A stretch of DNA of 64,000 nt, from the NCBI GenBank assembly GCA_963718525.1, contig OY970355.1, positions 672,001 to 736,000 on the forward strand. The letters run 5' to 3'. The notes below the pieces were generated by a model. The model was given only the letters and a program-made list of their open reading frames with translations, searched no databases and was not told the DNA's origin. Position numbers and translations under genes: made by a program. Origin of the DNA: Candidatus Dormiibacterota bacterium. GTDB taxonomy: Bacteria; Chloroflexota; Dormibacteria; Aeolococcales; Aeolococcaceae. Positions 1-10,885 of the stretch are shown here, in pieces (positions within the stretch are counted from its first letter, which is position 1; each line of letters begins with the position of its first letter).

Positions 1-377
1 GGGTACCCGCGATAGTTGAAGTTGCAGGCGTGGACGAGCGAGGCTGCCTCAGCGCGTTGCAGCAATACCAAGGTCTCATCGGAGGTTGTGGCAAGTGGCT
101 TCTCCGCCACAACGTGCTTGGCGTGCTCCAACGCGGAGAGGCAGAGTTGGAAGTGTTCGCTGTTCTTCGTGCAGACGTGGACCACGTCGACGTCGGGACT
201 CTCGACCAGGGTTGCATGGTCGGCCGCAGTCCTGATGTTGTGTTGCGTGGCAAAACGCTGCGCCCGCTCAGGGATGCCACTTGAGACGGCGACAACTGCA
301 ACCCCCGGTATGGTGGACAGAGCAAGAGCATGCTCATGAGCCATCCACCCGGTACCGAGAATCGCTGCACGAATCAC
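1..377 (-). CDS. Gfo/Idh/MocA family oxidoreductase, N-terminal part (runs off the window)
   Basis: Manual translation from GTG at 377, overlapping the upstream TGA: MIRAAILGTGWMAHEH...DVDVVHVCTKNSEH...KHVVAEKPLA. Rossmann GxG and EKP motifs. Not in the ORF track. Confidence 0.9.
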   Translation of the reverse strand, partial: MIRAAILGTGWMAHEHALALSTIPGVAVVAVSSGIPERAQRFATQHNIRTAADHATLVESPDVDVVHVCTKNSEHFQLCLSALEHAKHVVAEKPLATTSDETLVLLQRAEAASLVHACNFNYRGY

Positions 378-1342
378 GACGTCCACCAGGGGTGAGGGCG
401 AGGCTCGGTAAACAAACAGTCTTTCAGAAACACCACGGCTTGCGACAACCCCTCATCTGGAGAGGCGAGGATGTCTTCGTGCTCGATGCTGATGACGTCG
501 TCATAGCCCACCTCGCGGAGGGCGCCGAAGAACCGCTTCCACAACAAGCTGTCGTGACCGTGACCAACGGTCCGAAAAGACCACGAACGCGCCTCGATCT
601 TCTCCAGAGGGGTCGTGTCGAGGACGCCATTGCGACGGACAGCCTCGGAATTGAAGTCGACGTCCTTGGCGTGAACGTGGTACGTGGCATCGCCAAGCGT
701 GCGCACGGCCACGACTGCGTCGATGCCCTGCCAGAAGAGATGACTCGGATCGAGGTTGGCGCCGATTTCGCCACCCACCGCTTCCCGAAGCCGGAGCAGG
801 GTCGCGGGGTTGTAGACGACAAAGCCGGGGTGCATTTCAAAGCAGAGCTTGCGAACCCCGTGGTTGCGAGCAAACGTCGCTTGCTCCTTCCAATAGGGGA
901 TGACCACGTCCTCCCACTGCCAGTTGAGGATGGTCAGATAGTCGGTGGGCCACGCACAGGTCACCCAGTTCGGTTGCTTTGACGCGGGCGAGTCTCCTGG
1001 GCACCCCGAAAAGAGCGTCAGCCTTTCCACATCAAGGCGCTCGGCGAGCAAGACTGCCTGCTCGAAAACGCGATGGTGTTCTCGGGCAACGTCGCGATTT
1101 GGATGCAGAGGGTTGCCATGACACGCGAGGGCGCTGATGGTCAGACCACGCCTGTCCAGCGCATGTCGATACTCCTTGAGCTTCGTCGCATCGGCCAGCA
1201 ATTCATCGGCAGGGCAATGTGTGTTCCCGGGATAGTTGCCGGCGCCGAGCTCGACGGCGGTCAACCCGAGGGCGGCGATCCGGTCGAGGGCATCCTCAAA
1301 GCGCAGATGCTGGAGTACGACGGTGAAGACTCCGAGCTGCAT
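374..1342 (-). CDS. Sugar phosphate isomerase/epimerase (xylose-isomerase-like TIM barrel)
   Basis: CHGNPLHP, FEMHPG, NLDPSHLFWQG, HVHAKD, SIEHED motifs; start placed at MQLG. Confidence 0.9.
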   Translation of the reverse strand: MQLGVFTVVLQHLRFEDALDRIAALGLTAVELGAGNYPGNTHCPADELLADATKLKEYRHALDRRGLTISALACHGNPLHPNRDVAREHHRVFEQAVLLAERLDVERLTLFSGCPGDSPASKQPNWVTCAWPTDYLTILNWQWEDVVIPYWKEQATFARNHGVRKLCFEMHPGFVVYNPATLLRLREAVGGEIGANLDPSHLFWQGIDAVVAVRTLGDATYHVHAKDVDFNSEAVRRNGVLDTTPLEKIEARSWSFRTVGHGHDSLLWKRFFGALREVGYDDVISIEHEDILASPDEGLSQAVVFLKDCLFTEPRPHPWWTS

Positions 1343-1347
1343 GATGT

Positions 1348-2556
1348 CTAGTTCTGAACGCCCAGCGGCCACAATTGGTAGAGCTCACCCATGACCAGGG
1401 CGGCCGAACCAATCACACCGGCGTCATCACCAAGTTGGGACCGACAGATGACGATGTCACGAGTTGCGAGCGGAAGCGAGCGTCGATAAATAGCTTCGCG
1501 GATTGCTGCAAGCAGAAGGTCCCCGATTTTCGCCACACCGCCTCCGATGACGATCAGTTCGGGGTTGTAAAAGTTCACCAGGCTGGCGAGCACGCGACCA
1601 ATCGCTCGTCCCGATTGGCGAACAATCTCGGCGACCACGGGATCGCCTTCGGCGAGTGCGACTCCGAGGTCGACCGCGGTCACCGCCAACTCCTTCGAGC
1701 GCCGCACCAAGATTTCGCTGAGCTGCTCGTTGGCCAGCCGCTCCGCTGTCTTCCCCAGCGCCCATCCGCCCGCGATCAACTCGAGGCAGCCGAGATTCCC
1801 GCACCGGCACACGGTGGGGTCGTCACCCACCGCGATGTGGCCGATGTCACCGGCTGAGCCTTGGGCGCCTCGATAGATCTTCCCGTGGCTGACGATGCCG
1901 CATCCAATCCCACTACCGAGCTTGACGAAGATGAAGTTCTGCGCATCGCGACCCGCGCCCGCCCAGCGCTCGCCCGTGATCATCATGTTCACGTCGTTAT
2001 CGACAAACACCGGACAGCCGAACTCCCCTTCGAGGTACTCGCGTATCGGGAAAAGATGCCAGCCGGGCATGATCGGAGGAGAGACCGGCCGACCGGTCGC
2101 GAACTCGACAGGGCCGGGGATGCCCATGCCAATGCCCTTCAGCGATTGGCGAGTGAGCCCTGACTCATCCAAGGCGCGTTCCACGTCAGCTCGTGCAGCG
2201 CTCATGACCGCAGCCGGTCCGTCGCGTACGTCGATCTCGCGCGACAGGTGGCAAATCGGCTCGGCGTTCAAATTGGTGACCGCCACGTCAAGGCTCGTCG
2301 CGCCGAGGTCGATGCCGATCAGGTAGCCGCTCTCTTTCGCGAAGCGGACGCGGCTCGGGGGCCTCCCGCCACTCGATGCGCCGGTGCCGACCTCTTCGAG
2401 GAAGTGCTGATCGAGGAGCGACTTCAGCGTGGCCGAGACTTTGTTGCGGCCTAACCCGGAACGCTGAGCAAGTTCCAGCCGAGAGATTTCTCCAGCCTCC
2501 CGCACGATCGCAACGAGGCGAGCCTCCTCTCCGGATTCGATCTGGGGCTCATACAT
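1348..2556 (-). CDS. ROK family transcriptional repressor
   Basis: N-terminal HTH (ISRLELAQRSGL), GIDLG, DNDVN, GDIGH, CRCGNLGCLE zinc motif. Confidence 0.95.
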   Translation of the reverse strand: MYEPQIESGEEARLVAIVREAGEISRLELAQRSGLGRNKVSATLKSLLDQHFLEEVGTGASSGGRPPSRVRFAKESGYLIGIDLGATSLDVAVTNLNAEPICHLSREIDVRDGPAAVMSAARADVERALDESGLTRQSLKGIGMGIPGPVEFATGRPVSPPIMPGWHLFPIREYLEGEFGCPVFVDNDVNMMITGERWAGAGRDAQNFIFVKLGSGIGCGIVSHGKIYRGAQGSAGDIGHIAVGDDPTVCRCGNLGCLELIAGGWALGKTAERLANEQLSEILVRRSKELAVTAVDLGVALAEGDPVVAEIVRQSGRAIGRVLASLVNFYNPELIVIGGGVAKIGDLLLAAIREAIYRRSLPLATRDIVICRSQLGDDAGVIGSAALVMGELYQLWPLGVQN

Positions 2557-2566
2557 TCGGGTCGGG

Positions 2567-2595
2567 ATTCTAAGGCGGAAGTTGCACGATGTCAA
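2567..2595 (-). promoter_or_regulatory. Sigma70-type promoter of the ROK operon (near-leaderless)
   Basis: Minus strand TTGACA-N17-TAGAAT ending 10 nt before the ATG at 2556. Confidence 0.75.
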
Positions 2596-3110
2596 TCAAA
2601 AGTCTGTCGCGACTGTGCAGAAGTCGGGAGTTCGTGGGCTGAAGGGTGGCGTCGCCGAATTGACCTCGGGCGTGAGGCTCCCCGTAGGTCGGCGCCGATC
2701 GGCCCGACCCGGCCCCCGAATGGCGTCCTGAGGCGGCGCCTCGTATGCGCACCTTCGGATGAAGGTGCGATCCGTCCCTGGCGCTGGGTAGGTGCCGCGC
2801 GGGCCACCCGCCAGGGCGCCGCCTCGATGGTGTCGAGGAGCGTCGTCTTGAGGGGAGGGGCCAGGCAAACCTCGCGGGCGACTAGGTGGCGGTCGTCGAC
2901 GCCGATTCAGGGGGTTATATCGGCCTTGCCCGGCCCCACTCTCGACGATACAGACCTCCGGCGATCCTGGCAGTGCGCCCGGTCACAAGCGGGCATTGAC
3001 TTCCAGCAGCGATCGGCCATCGACTAATCCAAAGCGCGGCAACCATTCACTGGGTGTTAACTGCAGCGGATCGCACCCGAGGGAGCATCGGTCGTATTGA
3101 CATTTGCACC

Positions 3111-5528
3111 TCAGTGATGGAGCGGTATCAGCGAGACCGTGTCGTCCAGGTTGACGACGTATGCAGTGCCGTCGCCCTCATCGACGGCGACGTTCCACGG
3201 CGAGCGTCCAACCGCAACCTGTGGCGGTGTTTGGTCACAGCCGCTGTGGTCCCCAGCGTTACAGGTCGACCCGTTGATCACCGTAACGCTCGTGTCCTGC
3301 ACATTGGTGACGTAGATCGTGTCTGTGGCGGCATCGAGCGCGATACCGATCGCGCCGTATCTGGCCGCGACGATTGGCGGCGTCTGGCCGCAGCCCGAGG
3401 TGTCGGATCCATTGCACGTGGCGCCGTTGATGATCGAGATCGTGCCCTGGAGGTCGCCCTGCTCGTGGTTCGCGACGTAGACGGTGTCGGTTTTCGGGTC
3501 AATCGCAAGCTCGCGGGGGTCCTCGCCAACGGTGATCGTCGCTGGTGTCTGGCTGCAGCCCGATGTGTCTGCTGCATCACAGGTCTTGCCGTTGATCACA
3601 TACACCGTGTCGGCGGTCTGGTTCCCGTAGTCGACGTTGGTGACGTAGAGAGTGTTGGTTCCCTGGCCGATGGCGACAGAGAGATCTGAGCCATTGACAG
3701 CGTCCGACTGTCCGACGTGCAGGGTCGCCGGCGTCTGGCCACAGCCAGTGGCATGTTCTGCGTCGCAGGTGGCTCCATTGAACACCGCAATGAGATTTGG
3801 CCCGCTGCTGGTGAGGACGGTGACGTACACGGTGTCAGTCGCAGGATCGACCGCGATACCATCGGGGTTTCCACCCGGGACGTTTAGCGTTTCGACCCGT
3901 GTGCAGCCCGCTTGGTTGGCGGCGTTGCACGAGTCAGCGTTGATCACCGAAACAGCGCCGCCCGAACCCGGGCCGGTGCCGTGGTCGGCGACAAAGACGG
4001 TGTGCGTTCGCTGATCGACAGCCACAGCGACCGGATTCGGGCCTACCGCTGCAGTCGACGGTGGCGTTGCGCACCCAGCGAGCCGATGGGCGTTGCAGGC
4101 GCGGGTGTCGATCAGCGCCACGGCGTTCGCACCGGAGGTCACGTAGGCGGTGTGGACCGTCGCGTCGACGGCGAGCCCGAAACCGTGCGGTATCAACACC
4201 GCGGGTGCCGGTCGGCGACATCCGCTCGTATTGTCGGCGTCGCACCGTGAGGCGTCGATGACCGAGACGTCGTTGCTCACCTGGTTCGCTGCGTACAGCG
4301 TCTGGGTCAGCATATTCACGGCTACGAACTCCGGATCCTCACCGGTGTGGATGGTCGGTGGGTTGAGGGTTGCACACGCTGCCAGCTGACGGCCGTTGCA
4401 CACCTGCGTGTCGATCACCGAGAGGTCATCGTCTCCCTGGTTGACCACGTAGACCGTGTGGAGCGGGACATCGACGGTCAGGAAGAAGGCGACTTCGAAA
4501 GGCTGAGGAGGGGCCACGACCACAATGCCGCGCTTTTGGAACGCACACTCCGCCAGGTCACTCGCGTTACACGAACGCCCGTCGAACGCGGACATGGTCC
4601 CGCCCCCCGATTGGGTCGAATAGTCGGCCGTGTAGATCGTGTCGTTCGCGGCATCCACGGTGACGCCACTGACCGCCGGAGCTCCGCTGAGCATTCCGAC
4701 CGTGCCGCAGCCCGTCTGCACGGTCGCATTGCACGTGTTCGTGTCGAACGCAGAGACTCCGCCGTTTTCAGCCACGTAGGCTGTGTGCGTTGACTGGTTA
4801 ACTGCGATGTCGCCTGGGCCGCCTCCGACCGTTACCGTCGGTGGAGTCTGGCGCGAACACCCCGTCAGGTCGGCCGCGTTACACGTCAACGAGTTGATCA
4901 TCGACACGATGTCGCCACCGAGGCTAGTGACGTACACGGTGTGATTCGAGGAATCGGCGAAGATCCCGAACGGGAATGACCCAACCCGCACCCTCGCCGG
5001 TGTCTGGTCACACCCCCATGTCACGCGTCCGTTGCAGATCGCGCCATTGAACACAGACACCGCGTTGGTGGTCCCGCTATTGCCATTGACGGTGACGTAC
5101 ACGGTGTCGGTGACTTGATCAACGGTGATCGTCGACGGCATGTTCCCAACCCTGATCGTGGGCCATGGCCCCTCGCACCGCGAGACGTTCTGCGCCTGGC
5201 AGTGGCGTCCGTCGATCACCGACACTGTGTCGCCGCCAGGGCTCGTGCCGTTTGCATTGCTGCCGTTCGCTGAATAGATCGTGTCAGTAGCGGGGTCGAT
5301 CGCCAGCGCGGATGGGCCTACCTTCACAGGCGCCGACCCCACCAAAGCGGACCCAAAGCTGCCACTTGGGTTCGTGGACGTCGCGCCCCGTACTGCCCCC
5401 GCCGCGCTGGATCGTTCGGCGTGGGTCACGGCGCGTGACGTCGCGCCTGCTTGAATCGACCCTCCGGCCGCCGTGAACAGGACCGCGATCACAGCGCCTA
5501 CCAGGGAACGGTGCCTCTCTAGACGCAT
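3111..5528 (-). CDS. Secreted YVTN/YncE-like beta-propeller repeat protein with 13 C-x7-C motifs
   Basis: RBS AAGGAGG, N-terminal hydrophobic signal, repeated P..IAVD..TDTVYV.N...VSVI blades. Confidence 0.85.
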   Translation of the reverse strand: MRLERHRSLVGAVIAVLFTAAGGSIQAGATSRAVTHAERSSAAGAVRGATSTNPSGSFGSALVGSAPVKVGPSALAIDPATDTIYSANGSNANGTSPGGDTVSVIDGRHCQAQNVSRCEGPWPTIRVGNMPSTITVDQVTDTVYVTVNGNSGTTNAVSVFNGAICNGRVTWGCDQTPARVRVGSFPFGIFADSSNHTVYVTSLGGDIVSMINSLTCNAADLTGCSRQTPPTVTVGGGPGDIAVNQSTHTAYVAENGGVSAFDTNTCNATVQTGCGTVGMLSGAPAVSGVTVDAANDTIYTADYSTQSGGGTMSAFDGRSCNASDLAECAFQKRGIVVVAPPQPFEVAFFLTVDVPLHTVYVVNQGDDDLSVIDTQVCNGRQLAACATLNPPTIHTGEDPEFVAVNMLTQTLYAANQVSNDVSVIDASRCDADNTSGCRRPAPAVLIPHGFGLAVDATVHTAYVTSGANAVALIDTRACNAHRLAGCATPPSTAAVGPNPVAVAVDQRTHTVFVADHGTGPGSGGAVSVINADSCNAANQAGCTRVETLNVPGGNPDGIAVDPATDTVYVTVLTSSGPNLIAVFNGATCDAEHATGCGQTPATLHVGQSDAVNGSDLSVAIGQGTNTLYVTNVDYGNQTADTVYVINGKTCDAADTSGCSQTPATITVGEDPRELAIDPKTDTVYVANHEQGDLQGTISIINGATCNGSDTSGCGQTPPIVAARYGAIGIALDAATDTIYVTNVQDTSVTVINGSTCNAGDHSGCDQTPPQVAVGRSPWNVAVDEGDGTAYVVNLDDTVSLIPLHH

Positions 5529-5590
5529 GATCCACCTCCTTGCTGCTCCCATACGACCCCGCAAATAAGGCGTTCACTCCGCGGGTACGA

Positions 5591-5611
5591 ATGTTCAGAG
5601 GCATTGAACAT
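5591..5611. promoter_or_regulatory. Perfect 7-7-7 inverted repeat, candidate operator
   Basis: ATGTTCA-gaggcat-TGAACAT in the 128-bp divergent intergenic region. Confidence 0.55.
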
Positions 5612-5656
5612 CTCCGACGGGGGGTCGATACTTGCCGCAGGAAGCGTGTTGCAGCA

Positions 5657-8252
5657 ATGAACCTGCCGACCCAGCAGACCCCGTTTATTGGGCGGGTGCT
5701 CGAACTCCGTTCAGCTGGCGCCCTGCTCCGCGCTCACCGGCTGCTGACGCTCGTTGGCGCCGGCGGCTCAGGAAAGACACGGCTCGCGGTGCAACTCGCC
5801 GCTGGGGCAGGCGAGCGGTTCCCTGACGGTATCTTCTGGGTACCGCTAGCATCCGTTCGCGACCCCGACCTGGTAGAGCAGACCATCGCCCGATCCGTCG
5901 GCGCCAACATTGAGCTCGTTGAGCACCTGACCGGTAAGCGCGTCCTCTTGGTCCTGGACAATATGGAGCAGGTCGTGGCGGCGGCGGACATGCTGGGGTT
6001 GCTCCTCGGGGCGTGTCCCAGCCTCCATGCGCTCGTGACGAGCCGAGAGCCGCTGCGCATCGCCCCCGAGCAGCGCTTCACCGTGGATACGCTCAGCACC
6101 CCTGACGCGGTTGCGCTCTTCAACGAGCGGGCCCGCGCAGTGGATTCGACGTTCGTGGAGGACGCGACGGTGGAGGCCATCTGCAGGCGGCTCGACTGCC
6201 TGCCACTTGCCGTCGAGCTCGCAGCCACTCGGGTCAACGTGCTGACACCCGACGTCCTCCTCGCGCAACTCGAGCGCCGCCTGCCGCTCCTCACCGGCGG
6301 ACGGCGTGACATGCCCGAGCGCCATCAGACGCTGAGAGCGACGATCGAATGGAGCGAGGATCTGCTGCAAGCAAGTGAACGGTCCATCTTCCATCGTCTC
6401 GCGATCTTCCCGGCGAGCTTCGATCTTTGGGCTGCGGAAGCGGTGTGTATGACAAACCTCGCGGCCCTCTCCTCGCTCGTCGACAAATGCCTGGTGACTC
6501 GCACAAGTGGCAATCGCTTCGCGCTGCTGGAGACAGTCCACGAGTTCGCAGACGAGCACTTGACCCCGAGCGAGCGAGACGAACTCGCCTGCCGGCATGC
6601 GGAGTACTTCGTTGTGGCCGCCGAGGTTGCGTCAGGTGCCCAGAGTTGGCCCACCAACCCTGAGACTTTTGGGAAGCTGGACGACGACATCGCGAATCTC
6701 CGCGCAGCGCTCGCGTGGACGCGGTCGAAAGGCCTGAACGAGCTGACGCTTCGGCTTGGGATCGCGCTCTCCAGGTACTGGATCGATCGGGGTCATCGCC
6801 ACGATGCCTGCACATGGCTTGAGAGCGCACCGCTCACTGACGCCGCAGTTCCTACACCGCTTCGCGCAGCATCCCTGGAGGCAGCTGGGCTGATCGACTA
6901 CTTCGTGGCCGCCGCTTACGACGAGGCGGAGCAGTACTACAGGCAGAGCCTGGCGCTCTATCGCCAGCTCGGAAACGAGCAACAGGTTGCGTTCCTGCTC
7001 AACCGTGTTGGTCGCATCGCGATGTTGCGTGCAGATCTCGTCAAAGCCAACAGCTTTCATCTCGACGCGCTGGCGTTGTACGACGAGATGGCCGATAACG
7101 CCGGGCGTGCAGCGACGCTGCACCTGCTCGCTGAAGCCGCGTCCAGGCAGCGCCGATTTGAAGATGCCGAGCGGCTCTTTACAGAGGCGATTCGCTTGGC
7201 GCGTACGGCGTTTCCGGGACAGGTTCGGCACTCGCTGCACAGCCTCGGTGATCTCGAACTCGACCGCGGCAACTATGGATGTGCGTTCGGGTACTACCAG
7301 GAGAGCCTGGAGCTGACCAGCAGGAGCGAGCGCCGCAGCCTCATCCTGCGCGTCGCGGGGTTCAGCAGCGCCCTCGCTGGTCTGGGTGCGTACCCTCTCG
7401 CAGCGCGGCTCTGGGGTGCCGTCGACGCCAATGAGCGCACGCTAGGTTTTCGCATGCTCTCCGACGAGCGAAAACGCTATGAACGATGGGCAGACACCAC
7501 ACGGAGTCGAACTCGGTGAACAGGCGTTCCGCGCCGCCTTTACGGAGGGCGCGGGCCTTCAGATTGAGGAGGCGCTCAGCGAGGCGGCGGGGTACACCGC
7601 CGCGGCGCTAATACAACCCGGTCGCCCTGCGCCACCCGTCGCCGGCGGTTTGGCCCTTTCAACTGAAGCCGGAAGGTTCGAGCAAGAGGGAGAATACTGG
7701 ACGATCGAGTACAACTCGAGGATCCTGCGGGTTCGGGATAGTAAGGGAGTTCGTGTGCTCGCCTATCTCCTCGCCGACCCGGAACGTCCGTATACCGCTC
7801 TGGACCTCGAGCGGCTGGGCGCACCCGGAGGCGAGGTAATCGCTCGAGCGGTTGCCTCGGGCGACGTGGGCGAGCTCCTCGATGACGAGGCGCGGAGAGC
7901 ATACCGGGCTAGAGTTGCGGAGCTGCATGAGGCGATCGAGGTAGCTGAAATCTGGGGTAAGCCAGAGGAGAGCGGCCTCCTGCGCGAAGAGATGGACTTC
8001 ATCACCCACGAGCTGAGCAGAGCACTCGGGCTGGGAGGGCGACCGCGCCACGCGGGATCGATTGCTGAGCGGGCTCGGTTGAATGTCACGCGGGCGGTGA
8101 GGTCGGCGATGCTGCGCATCTCCTCAGTCGACGCCGCCCTCGGGGGTCATCTCAACGCGACCGTCCACACGGGAACCGTTTGCGTATATCGCCCAGACCC
8201 CCGAGCAACCGTTGTTTGGCATGTTGCGATCGGCGTCGCTCAACGCCTCTAA
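5657..8252 (+). CDS. STAND/NB-ARC-like ATPase with TPR repeats and a C-terminal putative DNA-binding domain; frameshift near 7510
   Basis: Walker A GAGGSGKT, LLVLDN, ICRRLDCLPLAVELAA, TPR-like helices. The typical LGEQAFRAAFTEG tail continues in the frame of ORF 7479..8252. Confidence 0.8.
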
Positions 8253-8499
8253 AGATTCGCTCGTCCGACAGTGCCGGACCCGCAACCTAATGCCAAATTA
8301 GCTGTTCAAGCTCTCTCAGGTGGGCTCCAGGGTTGCGAATTCAACAGCGGTGTCTGATCGGGTCGACTCCGGGGCTGAGGACCGACTGATCTGAAACGCG
8401 CCACGTCGCATCTCGCGAGTTAGAGGTCAACCGCTCTCACAATTGATCAACGCACTGTCCGTCCCCGCAAGATGATGCGCGAGGGACGGGGGAGCAGTT

Positions 8500-9490
8500 C
8501 GGGATGCGCGCGGGGATGCTCGCCATATCCGACGATCTCACCAGAGGAGCCGTGTTCCAGGCCGCCAAAGCTTCGTCTGGACTGGCAATACGGCAAAACG
8601 ACGTCACACACGCGGGCTGGCGCCGAGATGCTGTTCGCGCGCTTGAACATCGCGGCACGGTCGCCGCAGCAAGCATTGCATAGCCGGAGTGGTCGGTAGT
8701 TCGACGTCAAGCGGGCCAATCAGCCTCGGCGTCAAGAAACGTCTTATCATTCGGGTTCCAGTGGGCGAGGCTATCGACGACGAGCTAGTCGAATTCTATT
8801 ACCAATGGAACCGCTTCGAGAAGACCAATGACGTCGAAATAATCGACTTCGACCTCTTGCAGCGCTCGGCCGATTTTCCCGGCGCGTTCAATACACGAGA
8901 GGATGCCGCAGCCCTTGGATCCGCGGCGACCCCGAGTGCACCATCCTCCACGAAGTTGGTGGGCACGTCCTGCAGGCAGCGGCCTGGAAGGAACGACTGA
9001 AGGCGGGTGCGATGCCGCCCGTATGTGGATTAACTACGCTGCATGGTCCCGAGAGCTACGTTCAGGAGGGGGTGGCCGAGACCTTGTCCTGGTTCTTCCG
9101 CGCCCACTCCTGTGTGAGGCAGGCGAACTCGCCGTGCGCCTCCACTGCATGTCGGAGTTGTATTGGAACGATGCCTTCATCATGGCGGGTCGAGGTCGAT
9201 CTGCTGACGAGGTCCTTAAGTTTCTCGACGACCACATGCTGACCTACCGGACCCCTGAGCAACGGCGCAAGCGCCTCGAGACCGCCACACAAGATCCCCT
9301 ATCGCGGGCGTACCTGTACTCGTATGGGATTTCGATATACCACCATCGTCTCTTTGCAGAGCACTCCAGCCCCGACCAGAACCGCAACTATCTAGCGCAT
9401 GTCTTCGGCAGGACATACTCCTATCGAGATCTTGCTCGCTCGTACGACGGTTGGCACGGTCAGTCGAACGATCGGGTACAAGGCTACTGA
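8500..9490 (+). pseudogene. DUF885-like zinc metallopeptidase remnant with several frameshifts
   Basis: ILHEVGGHVLQ (HEVGGH at 8949-8966) and VQEGVAE in one frame, DPLSRAYLYSY in another; boundaries approximate. Confidence 0.5.
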
Positions 9491-9519
9491 GGCTCCTCGC
9501 CAGCCTCGACATGTGCCGG

Positions 9520-9775
9520 TCTGCACATACGGGTACGGCTCGTCGAGCGGCCGCTCTCGGAACTCGGCAAGCTCCTCGTCGAGCAGCGCGCAGATCCGGC
9601 TCACCTCGCTGCGGCTGATGCTGCAGCCTCCCAGCGCGGCCATGAGGTCGTCGACCTTGCGGGTGCTGGTGCCGAGCACGTAGGCCTCCTGGACCACCGC
9701 GGTGAGTGCTCGGTCGATGCGTCGCCGTGGCTCGAGCAAGGTCGGGAAGAAGCTGCCCGTGCGCACGCCGCGCTC
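9520..9775 (-). mobile_element. IS256-family transposase internal fragment
   Basis: RTGSFFPTLLEPRRRIDRALTAVVQEAYVLGTSTRKVDDL...SEVSRICALLDEELAEFRERPL..PYPYV; no intact ends seen. Confidence 0.85.
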
Positions 9776-10029
9776 GTCGATGGATTTCCAGCTCGACGAC
9801 GGCGGCATCTGGGCCGTGGGCGAGTGCGCAGTGTGTGGGCGGGCGTTCTGCGCCATAACGAAGAATGGAAAGGTGCGGCCGTACAAGCGATCGGACGACT
9901 GCCTCCAGAGACAACATCATCGCCACCGTTCGCGCCGCACAAGAATTACTTACCGAAGCGTTGCGCGTGTTGGAGAAGTTGGAATGACCGAATCGGCATC
10001 ACCAGACGGCTACGGTCTTGGGGACAAAT

Positions 10030-10549
10030 TCACCACCTCGTCGAGTTATCTGTGATTGCGCTGCCCTTGCTCCGGCCGTTGCGCGCACTCCGCTTGTTGA
10101 GGGTGGTCAATATCTTCAGGGCCGGTCTGATTCTGACCAATGCCCTTCGACGCCTTCGCGGAGTACTAACCCATCACGGATTGCACTACGCACTATTCGT
10201 CGTCCTCGGGGTCGTCGTCGTGTGCGCCGCTCTTGAGTTCGAGTTCGAAGACGGGACCCACGGAGCGAACATCCAAAACTTCGGCGATGCCCTATGGTGG
10301 GCGATCGTCACGGTTACGACCGTTGGCTATGGCGACAAGTTTCCCGTGTCTGCGGGCGGCCGGGGGGTTGCTGTCGTGCTGATGCTTGTCGGGATCGGCC
10401 TGATTGGAATCCTAACCGCTACGGTCGCGAGCTTCTTCATCGGGCAAGGAGCTGATGAAGAGAAGGCGGCGCTGCAGCAGCGCCTCGACAGGATCGAGGG
10501 GATGCTGGGGCAAATCCTCGCTGGACGGACCGAATCGGACGATGGTTAA
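10030..10549 (+). pseudogene. Voltage-gated-type potassium channel, 5'-truncated
   Basis: S4-like LRPLRALRLLR, pore WWAIVTVTTVGYGD; upstream ORF sequence looks unrelated and the first helices are missing. Confidence 0.75.
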
Positions 10550-10624
10550 CCGACCAAGGAAATACCCAGCGCAGATCGGCTGCTGGAAAGATGCCGCCCT
10601 CTCTGGGCGCAGACGCAAGATCCG

Positions 10625-10812
10625 ATGCCATCCAGGAAGCGAACTCACCGCGCCGCGCCATACGTGCTCGCGCCAGGCGAGATCCGCCGGAGCCCGCTGT
10701 CCGTGCCGAGCGTCAAGGGCCGATTCGTCCGATACCGCTGGGCTGGTCACCGTGTGCGAGGGGACGCTGGCACCCTGGAAGCCGGGCCCACCACTGCACC
10801 TGCACACGTCAA
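10625..10812 (+). pseudogene. Cupin domain remnant
   Basis: PYVLAPGE...SVK, a frameshift near 10717, then DSSDTAGLVTVCEGTLAPWKPGPPLHLH (cupin motif 1); truncated after. Confidence 0.5.
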
Positions 10813-10885
10813 GTATCAACCGAAGCCGTGTCAAGGATCAGCCGCACCCCTCTTGTCAGGAATCAGCCGGATCTATACATCACAT

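Noticed and set aside
8246-8427. attC-like ends CCTCTAA...TTAGAGG
   Set aside because: No internal L boxes or extended pairing, and no integron integrase in the window
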